Program-made: the position numbers and the translations under genes | Shown here: positions 1 to 14,000 of the stretch, in pieces | Layout of the letters: each line of letters starts with the position of its first letter | Numbering within the stretch: the stretch's first letter is position 1 | NCBI GenBank assembly: GCA_964276515.1 | Contig: OZ193909.1 | Coordinates: forward strand, 9,486,001 to 9,550,000 | DNA length: 64,000 nucleotides | Reading direction: 5' to 3' | Source: Gordius albopunctatus | Lineage: Eukaryota | Notes under the pieces: model-generated | Told to the model about the DNA's origin: nothing | What the model saw: the letters and a program-made list of their open reading frames with translations, nothing else | Database searches by the model: none

Positions 1-273
1 AAAAAATATTTATTTTCATATTATTTGTAAAGGAAGCTGAAAAAATCTCTGAAAGTCAGTAAATATTCTTAGCATTATGTCCTTGTTAAAATCCCGATAA
101 GAATTTTTGCACGGGGGGAAGTTTTAGATTGAGAGAAACTAAACTTTTTATGTTGCGTTTAGATTGTTTTTAAATCGCTTTCTAAGCCTGTCTTTAGTTT
201 TTGTGAAACAAGCTCTATGTGATTATGATTCAAAGTTAATAATTTTTGAGGACTGATCAAAATTTTTTTTAAC

Positions 274-626
274 GAATTCACCTCTGACATCGAAAACTTT
301 CACGAGGGCTATATGCTTTAACAAAAAAAATTGACAAAAATTTTGAGGTCGAAAAAAATATTTATTTTCATATTATTTGTAAAGGAAGCTGAAAAAATCT
401 TTAAAAGTCAGTAAATATTCTTACCATTATGTCCTTGTTAAAATCCCGATAAGAATTTTTGCAAGGGGGGAAATTTTAGATTTAGAGAAACTAAACTTTT
501 CGTGTTGCGTTTAGATTCTTTCAAGATCGCTTTCTAATTTCGTCTATAGTTTTTATGAAACAAGCTCTATGTGATTATGATTAAAAGTTAATAATTTTTG
601 AGGACTGATCAAAAAATTTTTTTAAC
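274..626 (+). repeat. Representative full-length monomer (353 bp, EcoRI to EcoRI)
   Basis: Runs gaattcacctctga...gaggtcgaaaaaaatattt...aaatattctt...aaatcccgataag...gttgcgtttagatt...gaaacaagct...gaggactgatcaaaaaatttttttaac; the next gaattc is at 627. Confidence 0.97.
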
Positions 627-3600
627 GAATTCACCTCTGACATCGAAAACTTTCATGAATGCTATATGCTTTAACAAAAAAAATTGACAAAAATTTTGAC
701 GTCGAAAAAAATATTTATTTTCATATTCTTTAGAAAGGGGGCTGAAGAAATATTTAAAAGTCAGTAAATATTCTTAGCATTATGTCCTTGTTAAAATCCC
801 GATAAGAATTTTTGCAAGGGGGGAAATTTTAGATTTAGAGAAACTAAACTTTTCGTGTTGCGTTTAGATTCTTCTTTCAAGATCGCTTTCAAATCGCGTC
901 TCTAGTTTTTGTGAAACAAGCTCTTTGTGATTATGATTCAAAGTTAATAATTTTTGAGGACTGATCAAATTTTTTTTTAACGAATTCACCTCTGATATCG
1001 AAAACTTTCATGAGGGCTATATGCTTTAACAAAAAAAATTGACAAAAATTTTGAGGTCGAAAAAAATATTTATTTTCATATTATTTGGAAAGGGGGATGA
1101 AAAAATGTTTAAAAGTCAGTAAATATTCTTAGCATTATGTCCTTGTTAAAATCCCGATAAGAATTTTTTCACGGGGGGAAGTTTTAGATTGAGAGAAACT
1201 AAACTTTTTATGTTGCGTTTAGATTTTTTTTAAATCGCTTTCTAAGCCTGTCTTTAGTTTTTGTGAAACAAGCTCTAGGTGATCGTGATTCAAAGTTAAT
1301 AATTTTTGAGGACTGATCAAAAAATTTTTTTAACGAATTCACCTCTGATATCGAAAACTTTCATGAGAGCTATATGGTTGAACAAAAAATTTAAAAAATT
1401 TTGAGGTCGAAAAAAATATTTATTTTCATATTATTTGTAAAGGAAGCTGAAAAAATCTTTAAAAGTCAGAAAATATTCTTAGCATTATGTCCTTGTTAAA
1501 ATCCCGATAAGATTTTTCCACTGGGGGAAGTTTTAGATTGAGAGAAATTAAACTTTTCGTGTTGCGTTTAGATTGTTTCAAGATCGCTTTCTAATTTCGT
1601 CTATAGTTTTTGTGAAACAAGCTCTATGTGATCGTGATTCAAAGTTAATAATTTTTGAGGACTCATCAAAAAATTTTTTTAACGAATTCACCTCTGATAT
1701 CGAAAACTTTCATGAGGGCTATATGGTTGAACAAAAAAAATTGACAAAAATTTTGAGGTCGAAAAAAATATTTATTTTCCTATTATTTGGAAAGGGGGCT
1801 GAAAAAATCTTTAAAAGTCAGTAAATATTCTTAGCATTATGTCCTTGTTAAAATCCCGATAAGAATTTTTACACGGGGGGAAGTTTTAGATTCAGAGAAA
1901 TTAAACTTTTCGTGTTGCGTTTAGATTGTTTCAAGATCGCTTTCTAATTTCGTCTATAGTTTTTGTGAAACAAGCTCTAGGTGATCGTGATTCAAAGTTA
2001 ATAATTTTTGAGGACTGATCAAAAAATTTTTTTAACGAATTCACCTCTGATATCGAAAACTTTCATGAGGGCTATATAGTTGAACAAAAAATTTAAAAAA
2101 TTTTGAGGTCGAAAAAAATATTTATTTTCATATTATTTGGAAAGGGGGCTGAAAAAATCTTTAAAAGTCAGTAAATATTCTTAGCATTATGTCCTTGTTA
2201 AAATCCCGATAAGAATTTTTGCAAGGGGGGAAATTTTAGATTTAGAGAAACTAAACTTTTCGTGTTGCGTTTAGATTCTTTCAAGATCGCTTTCAAATCG
2301 CGTCTCTAGTTTTCGTGAAACAAGCTCTTTGTGATTATGATTCAAAGTTAATAATTTTTGAGGACTGATCAAAATTTTTTTAACGAATTCACCTCTGATA
2401 TCGAAAACTTTCATGAGGGCTATATGCTTTAACAAAAAAAATTGACAAAAATTTTGAGGTCGAAAAAAATATTTATTTTCATATTATTTGTAAAGGAAGC
2501 TGAAAAAATCTTTAAAAGTCAGTAAATATTCTTAGCATTATGTCCTTGTTATAATCCCGATAAGAATTTTTGCACGGGGGGAAGTTTTAGATTGAGAGAA
2601 ACTAAACTTTTTATGTTGCGTTTAGATTGTTTTTAAATCGCTTTCTAAGCCTGTCTTTAGTTTTTGTGAAACAAGCTCTATGTGATTGTTATTGAAAGTT
2701 AATAATTTTTGAAGACTGATCAAAATTTTTTTTAACGAATTCACCTCTGATATCGAAAACTTTCATGAGGGCTATATACTTTAACAAAAAAAATTGACAA
2801 AAATTTTAATGTCGAAAAAAATATTTATTTTCATATTATTTGGAAAGGGGGCTGAAAAAATCTTTAAAAGTGAGTAAATATTCTTAGCATTATGTCCTTG
2901 TTAGAATCCCGATAAGATTTTTGCACTGGGGGAAGTTTTAGATTGAGAGAAACTAAACTTTTTATGTTGCGTTTAGATTGTTTCAAAATCGCTTTCTAAG
3001 CCTGTCTTTAGTTTTTGTGAAACAAGCTCTATGTGATCGTGATTCAAAGTTAATAATTTTTGAGGACTGATCAAAATTTTTTTAACGAATTCACCTCTGA
3101 TATCGAAAACTTTCATGAGGGCTATATGCTTTAACAAAAAAAATTGACAAAAATTTTGAGGTCGAAAAAAATATTTATTTTCATATTATTTGTAAAGGAA
3201 GCTGAAAAAATCTTTAAAAGTCAGTAAATATTCTTAGCATTATGTCCTTGTTATAATCCCGATAAGAATTTTTGCACGGGGGGAAGTTTTAGATTGAGAG
3301 AAACTAAACTTTTTATGTTGCGTTTAGATTGTTTTTAAATCGCTTTCTAAGCCTGTCTTTAGTTTTTGTGAAACAAGCTCTATGTGATTGTTATTGAAAA
3401 TTAATAATTTTTGAAGACTGATCAAAATTTTTTTTAACGAATTCACCTCTGATATCGAAAACTTTCATGAGGGCTATATACTTTAACAAAAAAAATTTAA
3501 AAAATTTTGAGGTCGAAAAAAATATTTATTTTCATATTATTTGGAAAGGGGGCTGAAAAAATCTTTAAAAGTGAGTAAATATTCTTAGCATTATGTCCTT

Positions 3601-6027
3601 GTTAGAATCCCGATAAGATTTTTGCACTGGGGGAAGTTTTAGATTGAGAGAAATTAAACTTTTCGTGTTGCGTTTAGATTGTTTCAAGATCGCTTTCTAA
3701 TTCCGTCTATAGTTTTTGTGAAACAAGCTCTATGTGATCGTGATTCAAAGTTAATAATTTTTGAGGACTGATCAAAATTTTTTTAACGAATTCACCTCTG
3801 ATATCGAAAACTTTCATGAGGGCTATATGCTTTAACAAAAAAAATTGACAAAAATTTTGAGGTCGAAAAAAATATTTATTTTCATATTATTTGTAAAGGA
3901 AGCTGAAAAAATCTTTAAAAGTCAGTAAATATTCTTAGCATTATGTCCTTGTTATAATCCCGATAAGAATTTTGCACTGGGGGAAGTTTTAGATTGAGAG
4001 AAACTAAACTTTTTATGTTGCGTTTAGATTGTTTCAAAATCGCTTTCTAAGCCTGTCTAGTTTTTGTGAAACAAGCTCTATGTGATCGTGATTCAAAGTT
4101 AATAATTTTTGAGGACTGATCAAAATTTTTTTTAACGAATTCACCTCTGATATCGAAAACTTTCATGAGGGCTATATACTTTAACAAAAAAAATTTAAAA
4201 AATTTTGAGGTCGAAAAAAATATTTATTTTCATATTATTTGGAAAGGGGGCTGAAAAAATCTTTAAAAGTGAGTAAATATTCTTAGCATTATGTCCTTGT
4301 TAAAATCCCGATAAGAATTTTTGCACGGGGGGAAGTTTTAGATTGAGAGAAACTAAACTTTTTATGTTGCGTTTAGATTGTTTTTAAATCGCTTTCTAAG
4401 CCTGTCTTTAGTTTTTGTGAAACAAGCTCTAGGTGATCGTGATTCAAAGTTAATAATTTTTGAGGACTGATCAAAAATTTTTTTTAACGAATTCACCTCT
4501 GATATTGAAAACTTTCACGAGGGCTATATACTTTAACAAAAAAAATTGACAAAAATTTTGAGGTCGAAAAAAATATTTATTTTCATATTATTTGTAAAGG
4601 AAGCTGAAAAAATCTTTAAAAGTCAGTAAATATTCTTAGCATTATGTCCTTGTTATAATCCCGATAAGAATTTTGCACTGGGGGAAGTTTTAGATTGAGA
4701 GAAACTAAACTTTTTATGTTGCGTTTAGATTGTTTTTAAATCGCTTTCTAAGCCTGTCTTTAGTTTTTGTGAAACAAGCTCTATGTGATTGTTATTGAAA
4801 ATTAATAATTTTTGAAGACTGATCAAAATTTTTTTTAACGAATTCACCTCTGATATCGAAAACTTTCATGAGGGCTATATACTTTAACAAAAAAAATTTA
4901 AAAAATTTTGAGGTCGAAAAAAATATTTATTTTCATATTATTTGGAAAGGGGGCTGAAAAAATCTTTAAAAGTGAGTAAATATTCTTAGCATTATGTCCT
5001 TGTTAGAATCCCGATAAGATTTTTGCACTGGGGGAAGTTTTAGATTGAGAGAAACTAAACTTTTTATGTTGCGTTTAGATTGTTTTTAAATCGCTTTCTA
5101 AGCCTGTCTTTAGTTTTTGTGAAACAAGCTCTATGTGATTGTTATTGAAAATTAATAATTTTTGAAGACTGATCAAAATTTTTTTTAACGAATTCACCTC
5201 TGATATCGAAAACTTTCATGAGGGCTATATACTTTAACAAAAAAAATTTAAAAAATTTTGAGGTCGAAAAAAATATTTATTTTCATATTATTTGGAAAGG
5301 GGGCTGAAAAAATCTTTAAAAGTGAGTAAATATTCTTAGCATTATGTCCTTGTTAGAATCCCGATAAGATTTTTGCACTGGGGGAAGTTTTAGATTGAGA
5401 GAAATTAAACTTTTCGTGTTGCGTTTAGATTCTTTCAAGATCGCTTTCAAATCGCGTCTCTAGTTTTCGTGAAACAAGCTCTTTGTGATTATGATTCAAA
5501 GTTAATAATTTTTGAGGACTGATCAAAATTTTTTTAACGAATTCACCTCTGATATCGAAAACTTTCATGAGGGCTATATGCTTTAACAAAAAAAATTGAC
5601 AAAAATTTTGAGGTCGAAAAAAATATTTATTTTCATATTATTTGTAAAGGAAGCTGAAAAAATCTTTAAAAGTCAGTAAATATTCTTAGCATTATGTCCT
5701 TGTTATAATCCCGATAAGAATTTTTGCACGGGGGGAAGTTTTAGATTGAGAGAAACTAAACTTTTTATGTTGCGTTTAGATTGTTTTTAAATCGCTTTCT
5801 AAGCCTGTCTTTAGTTTTTGTGAAACAAGCTCTATGTGATTGTTATTGAAAGTTAATAATTTTTGAAGACTGATCAAAATTTTTTTTAACGAATTCACCT
5901 CTGATATCGAAAACTTTCATGAGGGCTATATACTTTAACAAAAAAAATTGACAAAAATTTTAATGTCGAAAAAAATATTTATTTTCATATTATTTGGAAA
6001 GGGGGCTGAAAAAATCTTTAAAAGTGA

Positions 6028-9000
6028 GTAAATATTCTTAGCATTATGTCCTTGTTAAAATCCCGATAAGAATTTTTGCACGGGGGGAAGTTTTAGATTG
6101 AGAGAAACTAAACTTTTTATGTTGCGTTTAGATTGTTTTTAAATCGCTTTCTAAGCCTGTCTTTAGTTTTTGTGAAACAAGCTCTAGGTGATCGTGATTC
6201 AAAGTTAATAATTTTTGAGGACTGATCAAAAATTTTTTTTAACGAATTCACCTCTGATATTGAAAACTTTCACGAGGGCTATATACTTTAACAAAAAAAA
6301 TTGACAAAAATTTTGAGGTCGAAAAAAATATTTATTTTCATATTATTTGTAAAGGAAGCTGAAAAAATCTTTAAAAGTCAGTAAATATTCTTAGCATTAT
6401 GTCCTTGTTATAATCCCGATAAGAATTTTTGCACGGGGGGAAGTTTTAGATTGAGAGAAACTAAACTTTTTATGTTGCGTTTAGATTGTTTTTAAATCGC
6501 TTTCTAAGCCTGTCTTTAGTTTTTGTGAAACAAGCTCTATGTGATTGTTATTGAAAATTAATAATTTTTGAAGACTGATCAAAATTTTTTTTAACGAATT
6601 CACCTCTGATATCGAAAACTTTCATGAGGGCTATATACTTTAACAAAAAAAATTTAAAAAATTTTGAGGTCGAAAAAAATATTTATTTTCATATTATTTG
6701 GAAAGGGGGCTGAAAAAATCTTTAAAAGTGAGTAAATATTCTTAGCATTATGTCCTTGTTAGAATCCCGATAAGATTTTTGCACTGGGGGAAGTTTTAGA
6801 TTGAGAGAAACTAAACTTTTTATGTTGCGTTTAGATTGTTTCAAAATCGCTTTCTAAGCCTGTCTAGTTTTTGTGAAACAAGCTCTATGTGATCGTGATT
6901 CAAAGTTAATAATTTTTGAGGACTGATCAAAATTTTTTTAACGAATTCACCTCTGATATCGAAAACTTTCATGAGGGCTATATGCTTTAACAAAAAAAAT
7001 TGACAAAAATTTTGAGGTCGAAAAAAATATTTATTTTCATATTATTTGTAAAGGAAGCTGAAAAAATCTTTAAAAGTCAGTAAATATTCTTAGCATTATG
7101 TCCTTGTTATAATCCCGATAAGAATTTTTGCACGGGGGGAAGTTTTAGATTGAGAGAAACTAAACTTTTTATGTTGCGTTTAGATTGTTTTTAAATCGCT
7201 TTCTAAGCCTGTCTTTAGTTTTTGTGAAACAAGCTCTATGTGATTGTTATTGAAAGTTAATAATTTTTGAAGACTGATCAAAATTTTTTTTAACGAATTC
7301 ACTTCTGATATCGAAAACTTTCATGAGGGCTATATACTTTAACAAAAAAAATTTAAAAAATTTTGAGGTCGAAAAAAATATTTATTTTCATATTATTTGG
7401 AAAGGGGGCTGAAAAAATCTTTAAAAGTCAGTAAATATTCTTAGCATTATGTCCTTGTTAAAATCCCGATAAGAATTTTTACACGGGGTAAAGTTTTAGA
7501 TTGAGAGAAATTAAACTTTTCGTGTTGCGTTTAGATTGTTTCAAGATCGCTTTCTAATTCCGTCTATAGTTTTTGTGAAACAAGCTCTATGTGATCGTGA
7601 TTCAAAGTTAATAATTTTTGAGGACTGATCAAAATTTTTTTTAACGAATTCACCTCTGATATCGAAAACTTTCATGAGGGCTATATGCTTTAACAAAAAA
7701 AATTGACAAAAATTTTGAGGTCGAAAAAAATATTTATTTTCATATTCTTTCGAAAGGGGGCTGAAGAATTATTTAAAAGTCAGTAAATATTCTTAGCATT
7801 ATGTCCTTGTTAAAATCCCGATAAGAATTTTTGCACGGGTGGAGTTTTAGATTGAGAAAAACTAAACTTTTCGTGTTGCGTTTAGATTGTTTCAAGATCG
7901 CTTTCTAATTTCGTCTATAGTTTTTGTGAAACAAGCTATATGTGATCGTGATTCAAAGTTAATAATTTTTGAGAACTGATCAAAAAATTTTTTTAACGAA
8001 TTCACCTCTGACATCGAAAACTTTCATGAATAATATTTATTTTCATATTCTTTAGAAAGGGGGCTGAAGAAATATTTAAAAGTCAGTAAATATTCTTAGC
8101 ATTATGTCCTTGTTAAAATCCCGATAAGATTTTTCCACTGGGGGAAATTTTAGATTGAGAAAAACTAAACTTTTCGTGTTGCGTTTAGATTGTTTCAAGA
8201 TCGCTTTCTAATTTCGTCTATAGTTTTTGTGAAACAAGCTATATGTGATCGTGATTCAAAGTTAATAATTTTTGAGGACTGATCAAAAAATTTTTTTAAC
8301 GAATTCACCTCTGATATCGAAAACTTTCATGAGGGCTATATGGTTCAACAAAAAATTTAAAAAATTTTGAGGTCGAAAAAAATATTTATTTTCATATTCT
8401 TTCGAAAGGGGGCTGAAGAAATAATTAAAAGATAGTAAATATTCTTAGCATTATGTCCTTGTTAAAATCCCGATAAGAATTTTTGCACGGGGGGAAGTTT
8501 TAGATTGAGAGAAACTAAACTTTTTATGTTGCGTTTAGATTGTTTTTAAATCGCTTTCTAAGCCTGTCTTTAGTTTTTGTGAAACAAGCTCTAGGTGATC
8601 GTGATTCAAAGTTAATAATTTTTGAGGACTGATCAAAAATTTTTTTTAACGAATTCACCTCTGATATTGAAAACTTTCACGAGGGCTATATACTTTAACA
8701 AAAAAAATTGACAAAAATTTTGAGGTCGAAAAAAATATTTATTTTCATATTATTTGTAAAGGAAGCTGAAAAAATCTTTAAAAGTCAGTAAATATTCTTA
8801 GCATTATGTCCTTGTTATAATCCCGATAAGAATTTTTGCACGGGGGGAAGTTTTAGATTGAGAGAAACTAAACTTTTTATGTTGCGTTTAGATTGTTTTT
8901 AAATCGCTTTCTAAGCCTGTCTTTAGTTTTTGTGAAACAAGCTCTATGTGATTGTTATTGAAAATTAATAATTTTTGAAGACTGATCAAAATTTTTTTTA

Positions 9001-11045
9001 ACGAATTCACCTCTGATATCGAAAACTTTCATGAGGGCTATATACTTTAACAAAAAAAATTTAAAAAATTTTGAGGTCGAAAAAAATATTTATTTTCATA
9101 TTATTTGGAAAGGGGGCTGAAAAAATCTTTAAAAGTGAGTAAATATTCTTAGCATTATGTCCTTGTTAGAATCCCGATAAGATTTTTGCACTGGGGGAAG
9201 TTTTAGATTGAGAGAAACTAAACTTTTTATGTTGCGTTTAGATTGTTTCAAAATCGCTTTCTAAGCCTGTCTAGTTTTTGTGAAACAAGCTCTATGTGAT
9301 CGTGATTCAAAGTTAATAATTTTTGAGGACTGATCAAAATTTTTTTAACGAATTCACCTCTGATATCGAAAACTTTCATGAGGGCTATATGCTTTAACAA
9401 AAAAAATTGACAAAAATTTTGAGGTCGAAAAAAATATTTATTTTCATATTATTTGTAAAGGAAGCTGAAAAAATCTTTAAAAGTCAGTAAATATTCTTAG
9501 CATTATGTCCTTGTTATAATCCCGATAAGAATTTTTGCACGGGGGGAAGTTTTAGATTGAGAGAAACTAAACTTTTTATGTTGCGTTTAGATTGTTTTTA
9601 AATCGCTTTCTAAGCCTGTCTTTAGTTTTTGTGAAACAAGCTCTATGTGATTGTTATTGAAAGTTAATAATTTTTGAAGACTGATCAAAATTTTTTTTAA
9701 CGAATTCACTTCTGATATCGAAAACTTTCATGAGGGCTATATACTTTAACAAAAAAAATTTAAAAAATTTTGAGGTCGAAAAAAATATTTATTTTCATAT
9801 TATTTGGAAAGGGGGCTGAAAAAATCTTTAAAAGTCAGTAAATATTCTTAGCATTATGTCCTTGTTAAAATCCCGATAAGAATTTTTACACGGGGTAAAG
9901 TTTTAGATTGAGAGAAATTAAACTTTTCGTGTTGCGTTTAGATTGTTTCAAGATCGCTTTCTAATTCCGTCTATAGTTTTTGTGAAACAAGCTCTATGTG
10001 ATCGTGATTCAAAGTTAATAATTTTTGAGGACTGATCAAAATTTTTTTTAACGAATTCACCTCTGATATCGAAAACTTTCATGAGGGCTATATGCTTTAA
10101 CAAAAAAAATTGACAAAAATTTTGAGGTCGAAAAAAATATTTATTTTCATATTCTTTCGAAAGGGGGCTGAAGAATTATTTAAAAGTCAGTAAATATTCT
10201 TAGCATTATGTCCTTGTTAAAATCCCGATAAGAATTTTTGCACGGGTGGAGTTTTAGATTGAGAAAAACTAAACTTTTCGTGTTGCGTTTAGATTGTTTC
10301 AAGATCGCTTTCTAATTTCGTCTATAGTTTTTGTGAAACAAGCTATATGTGATCGTGATTCAAAGTTAATAATTTTTGAGAACTGATCAAAAAATTTTTT
10401 TAACGAATTCACCTCTGACATCGAAAACTTTCATGAATAATATTTATTTTCATATTCTTTAGAAAGGGGGCTGAAGAAATATTTAAAAGTCAGTAAATAT
10501 TCTTAGCATTATGTCCTTGTTAAAATCCCGATAAGATTTTTCCACTGGGGGAAATTTTAGATTGAGAAAAACTAAACTTTTCGTGTTGCGTTTAGATTGT
10601 TTCAAGATCGCTTTCTAATTTCGTCTATAGTTTTTGTGAAACAAGCTATATGTGATCGTGATTCAAAGTTAATAATTTTTGAGGACTGATCAAAAAATTT
10701 TTTTAACGAATTCACCTCTGATATCGAAAACTTTCATGAGGGCTATATGGTTGAACAAAAAATTTAAAAAATTTTGAGGTCGAAAAAAATATTTATTTTC
10801 ATATTCTTTCGAAAGGGGGCTGAAGAAATAATTAAAAGATAGTAAATATTCTTAGCATTATGTCCTTGTTAAAATCCCGATAAGAATTTTTGCACGGGGG
10901 GAAGTTTTAGATTGAGAGAAACTAAACTTTTTATGTTGCGTTTAGATTGTTTTTAAATCGCTTTCTAAGCCTGTCTTTAGTTTTTGTGAAACAAGCTCTA
11001 GGTGATCGTGATTCAAAGTTAATAATTTTTGAGGACTGATCAAAA
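6028..11045 (+). repeat. Tandem duplication, period 2,407 bp (7 monomers, one carrying the 49-bp deletion)
   Basis: Deletion junctions at 8031/10438. The variants cacTtctg (~7303/9710), cggggTaaag (~7489/9896) and gagAactg (~7974/10381) show the same offset. Confidence 0.9.
7998..8300 (+). repeat. Short (303-bp) monomer variant with a 49-bp internal deletion; further copies with junctions at 10438, 12501 and 15608
   Basis: Junction tttcatgaat|aatatttatt at 8031/8032; EcoRI spacing 7998 to 8301 is 303 bp. Confidence 0.95.
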
Positions 11046-14000
11046 AATTTTTTTAACGAATTCACCTCTGATATTGAAAACTTTCACGAGGGCTATATAC
11101 TTTAACAAAAAAAATTGACAAAAATTTTGAGGTCGAAAAAAATATTTATTTTCATATTATTTGGAAAGGTGGCTGAAAAAATGTTTAAAAGTCAGTAAAT
11201 ATTCTTAGCATTATGTCCTTGTTAAAATCCCGATAAGAATTTTTTCACGGGGGGAAGTTTTAGATTGAGAGAAACTAAACTTTTTATGTTGCGTTTAGAT
11301 TGTTTCAAAATCGCTTTCTAAGCCTGTCTTTAGTTTTTGTGAAACAAGCTCTAGGTGATCGTGATTCAAAGTTAATAATTTTTGAGGACTGATCAAAAAT
11401 TATTTTTAACGAATTCACCTCTGACATCGAAAACTTTCACGAGGGCTATATGCTCTAACAAAAAAAATTGACAAAAATTTAGAGGTCGAAAAAAATATTT
11501 ATTTTCATATTATTTGGAAAGGGGGATGAAAAAATGTTTAAAAGTCAGTAAATATTCTTAGCATTATGTCCTTGTTAAAATCCCGATAAGAATTTTTTCA
11601 CGGGGGGAAGTTTTAGATTGAGAGAAACTAAACTTTTTATGTTGCGTTTAGATTGTTTCAAAATCGCTTTCTAAGCCTGTCTTTAGTTTTTGTGAAACAA
11701 GCTCTAGGTGATCGTGATTCAAAGTTAATAATTTTTGAGGACTGATCAAAAAATTTTTTTAACGAATTCACCTCTGATATTGAAAACTTTCACGAGGGCT
11801 ATATACTTTAACAAAAAAAATTGACAAAAATTTTGAGGTCGAAAAAAATATTTATTTTCATATTATTTGGAAAGGTGGCTGAAAAAATGTTTAAAAGTCA
11901 GTAAATATTCTTAGCATTATGTCCTTGTAAAAAACCCGATAAGAATTTTTTCACGGGGGGAAGTTTTAGATTGAGAGAAACTAAACTTTTTATGTTGCGT
12001 TTAGATTGTTTCGAAATCGCTTTCTAAGCCTGTCTTTAGTTTTTGTGAAACAAGCTCTAGGTGATCGTGATTCAAAGTTAATAATTTTTGAGGACTGATC
12101 AAAATTTTTTTTAACGAATTCACCTCTGATATCGAAAACTTTCATGAGGGCTATATGCTTTAACAAAAAAAATTGACAAAAATTTTGAGGTCGAAAAAAA
12201 TATTTATTTTCATATTCTTTCGAAAGGGGGCTGAAGAATTATTTAAAAGTCAGTAAATATTCTTAGCATTATGTCCTTGTTAAAATCCCGATAAGAATTT
12301 TTGCACGGGTGGAGTTTTAGATTGAGAAAAACTAAACTTTTCGTGTTGCGTTTAGATTGTTTCAAGATCGCTTTCTAATTTCGTCTATAGTTTTTGTGAA
12401 ACAAGCTATATGTGATCGTGATTCAAAGTTAATAATTTTTGAGAACTGATCAAAAAATTTTTTTAACGAATTCACCTCTGACATCGAAAACTTTCATGAA
12501 TAATATTTATTTTCATATTCTTTAGAAAGGGGGCTGAAGAAATATTTAAAAGTCAGTAAATATTCTTAGCATTATGTCCTTGTTAAAATCCCGATAAGAT
12601 TTTTCCACTGGGGGAAATTTTAGATTGAGAAAAACTAAACTTTTCGTGTTGCGTTTAGATTGTTTCAAGATCGCTTTCTAATTTCGTCTATAGTTTTTGT
12701 GAAACAAGCTATATGTGATCGTGATTCAAAGTTAATAATTTTTGAGGACTGATCAAAAAATTTTTTTAACGAATTCACCTCTGATATCGAAAACTTTCAT
12801 GAGGGCTATATGGTTGAACAAAAAATTTAAAAAATTTTGAGGTCGAAAAAAATATTTATTTTCATATTCTTTCGAAAGGGGGCTGAAGAAATAATTAAAA
12901 GATAGTAAATATTCTTAGCATTATGTCCTTGTTAAAATCCCGATAAGAATTTTTGCAAGGGGGGAAATTTTAGATTTAGAGAAACTAAACTTTTCGTGTT
13001 GCGTTTAGATTCTTTCAAGATCGCTTTCAAATCGCGTCTCTAGTTTTCGTGAAACAAGCTCTTTGTGATTATGATTCAAAGTTAATAATTTTTGAGGACT
13101 GATCAAAATTTTTTTAACGAATTCACCTCTGATATCGAAAACTTTCATGAGGGCTATATGCTTTAACAAAAAAAATTGACAAAAATTTTGAGGTCGAAAA
13201 AAATATTTATTTTCATATTATTTGTAAAGGAAGCTGAAAAAATCTTTAAAAGTCAGTAAATATTCTTAGCATTATGTCCTTGTTATAATCCCGATAAGAA
13301 TTTTTGCACGGGGGGAAGTTTTAGATTGAGAGAAACTAAACTTTTTATGTTGCGTTTAGATTGTTTTTAAATCGCTTTCTAAGCCTGTCTTTAGTTTTTG
13401 TGAAACAAGCTCTATGTGATTGTTATTGAAAGTTAATAATTTTTGAAGACTGATCAAAATTTTTTTTAACGAATTCACCTCTGATATCGAAAACTTTCAT
13501 GAGGGCTATATACTTTAACAAAAAAAATTGACAAAAATTTTAATGTCGAAAAAAATATTTATTTTCATATTATTTGGAAAGGGGGCTGAAAAAATCTTTA
13601 AAAGTGAGTAAATATTCTTAGCATTATGTCCTTGTTAGAATCCCGATAAGATTTTTGCACTGGGGGAAGTTTTAGATTGAGAGAAACTAAACTTTTTATG
13701 TTGCGTTTAGATTGTTTCAAAATCGCTTTCTAAGCCTGTCTTTAGTTTTTGTGAAACAAGCTCTATGTGATCGTGATTCAAAGTTAATAATTTTTGAGGA
13801 CTGATCAAAATTTTTTTAACGAATTCACCTCTGATATCGAAAACTTTCATGAGGGCTATATGCTTTAACAAAAAAAATTGACAAAAATTTTGAGGTCGAA
13901 AAAAATATTTATTTTCATATTATTTGTAAAGGAAGCTGAAAAAATCTTTAAAAGTCAGTAAATATTCTTAGCATTATGTCCTTGTTATAATCCCGATAAG

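Noticed and set aside
1573..1824. 83-aa ORF (MFQDRFLISS...)
   Set aside because: It lies wholly in satellite sequence and starts at TTG. It is open only because a TGA-to-TCA variant at 1664 removes the stop present in other monomers. The K/F/I-rich composition reflects the A/T tracts.
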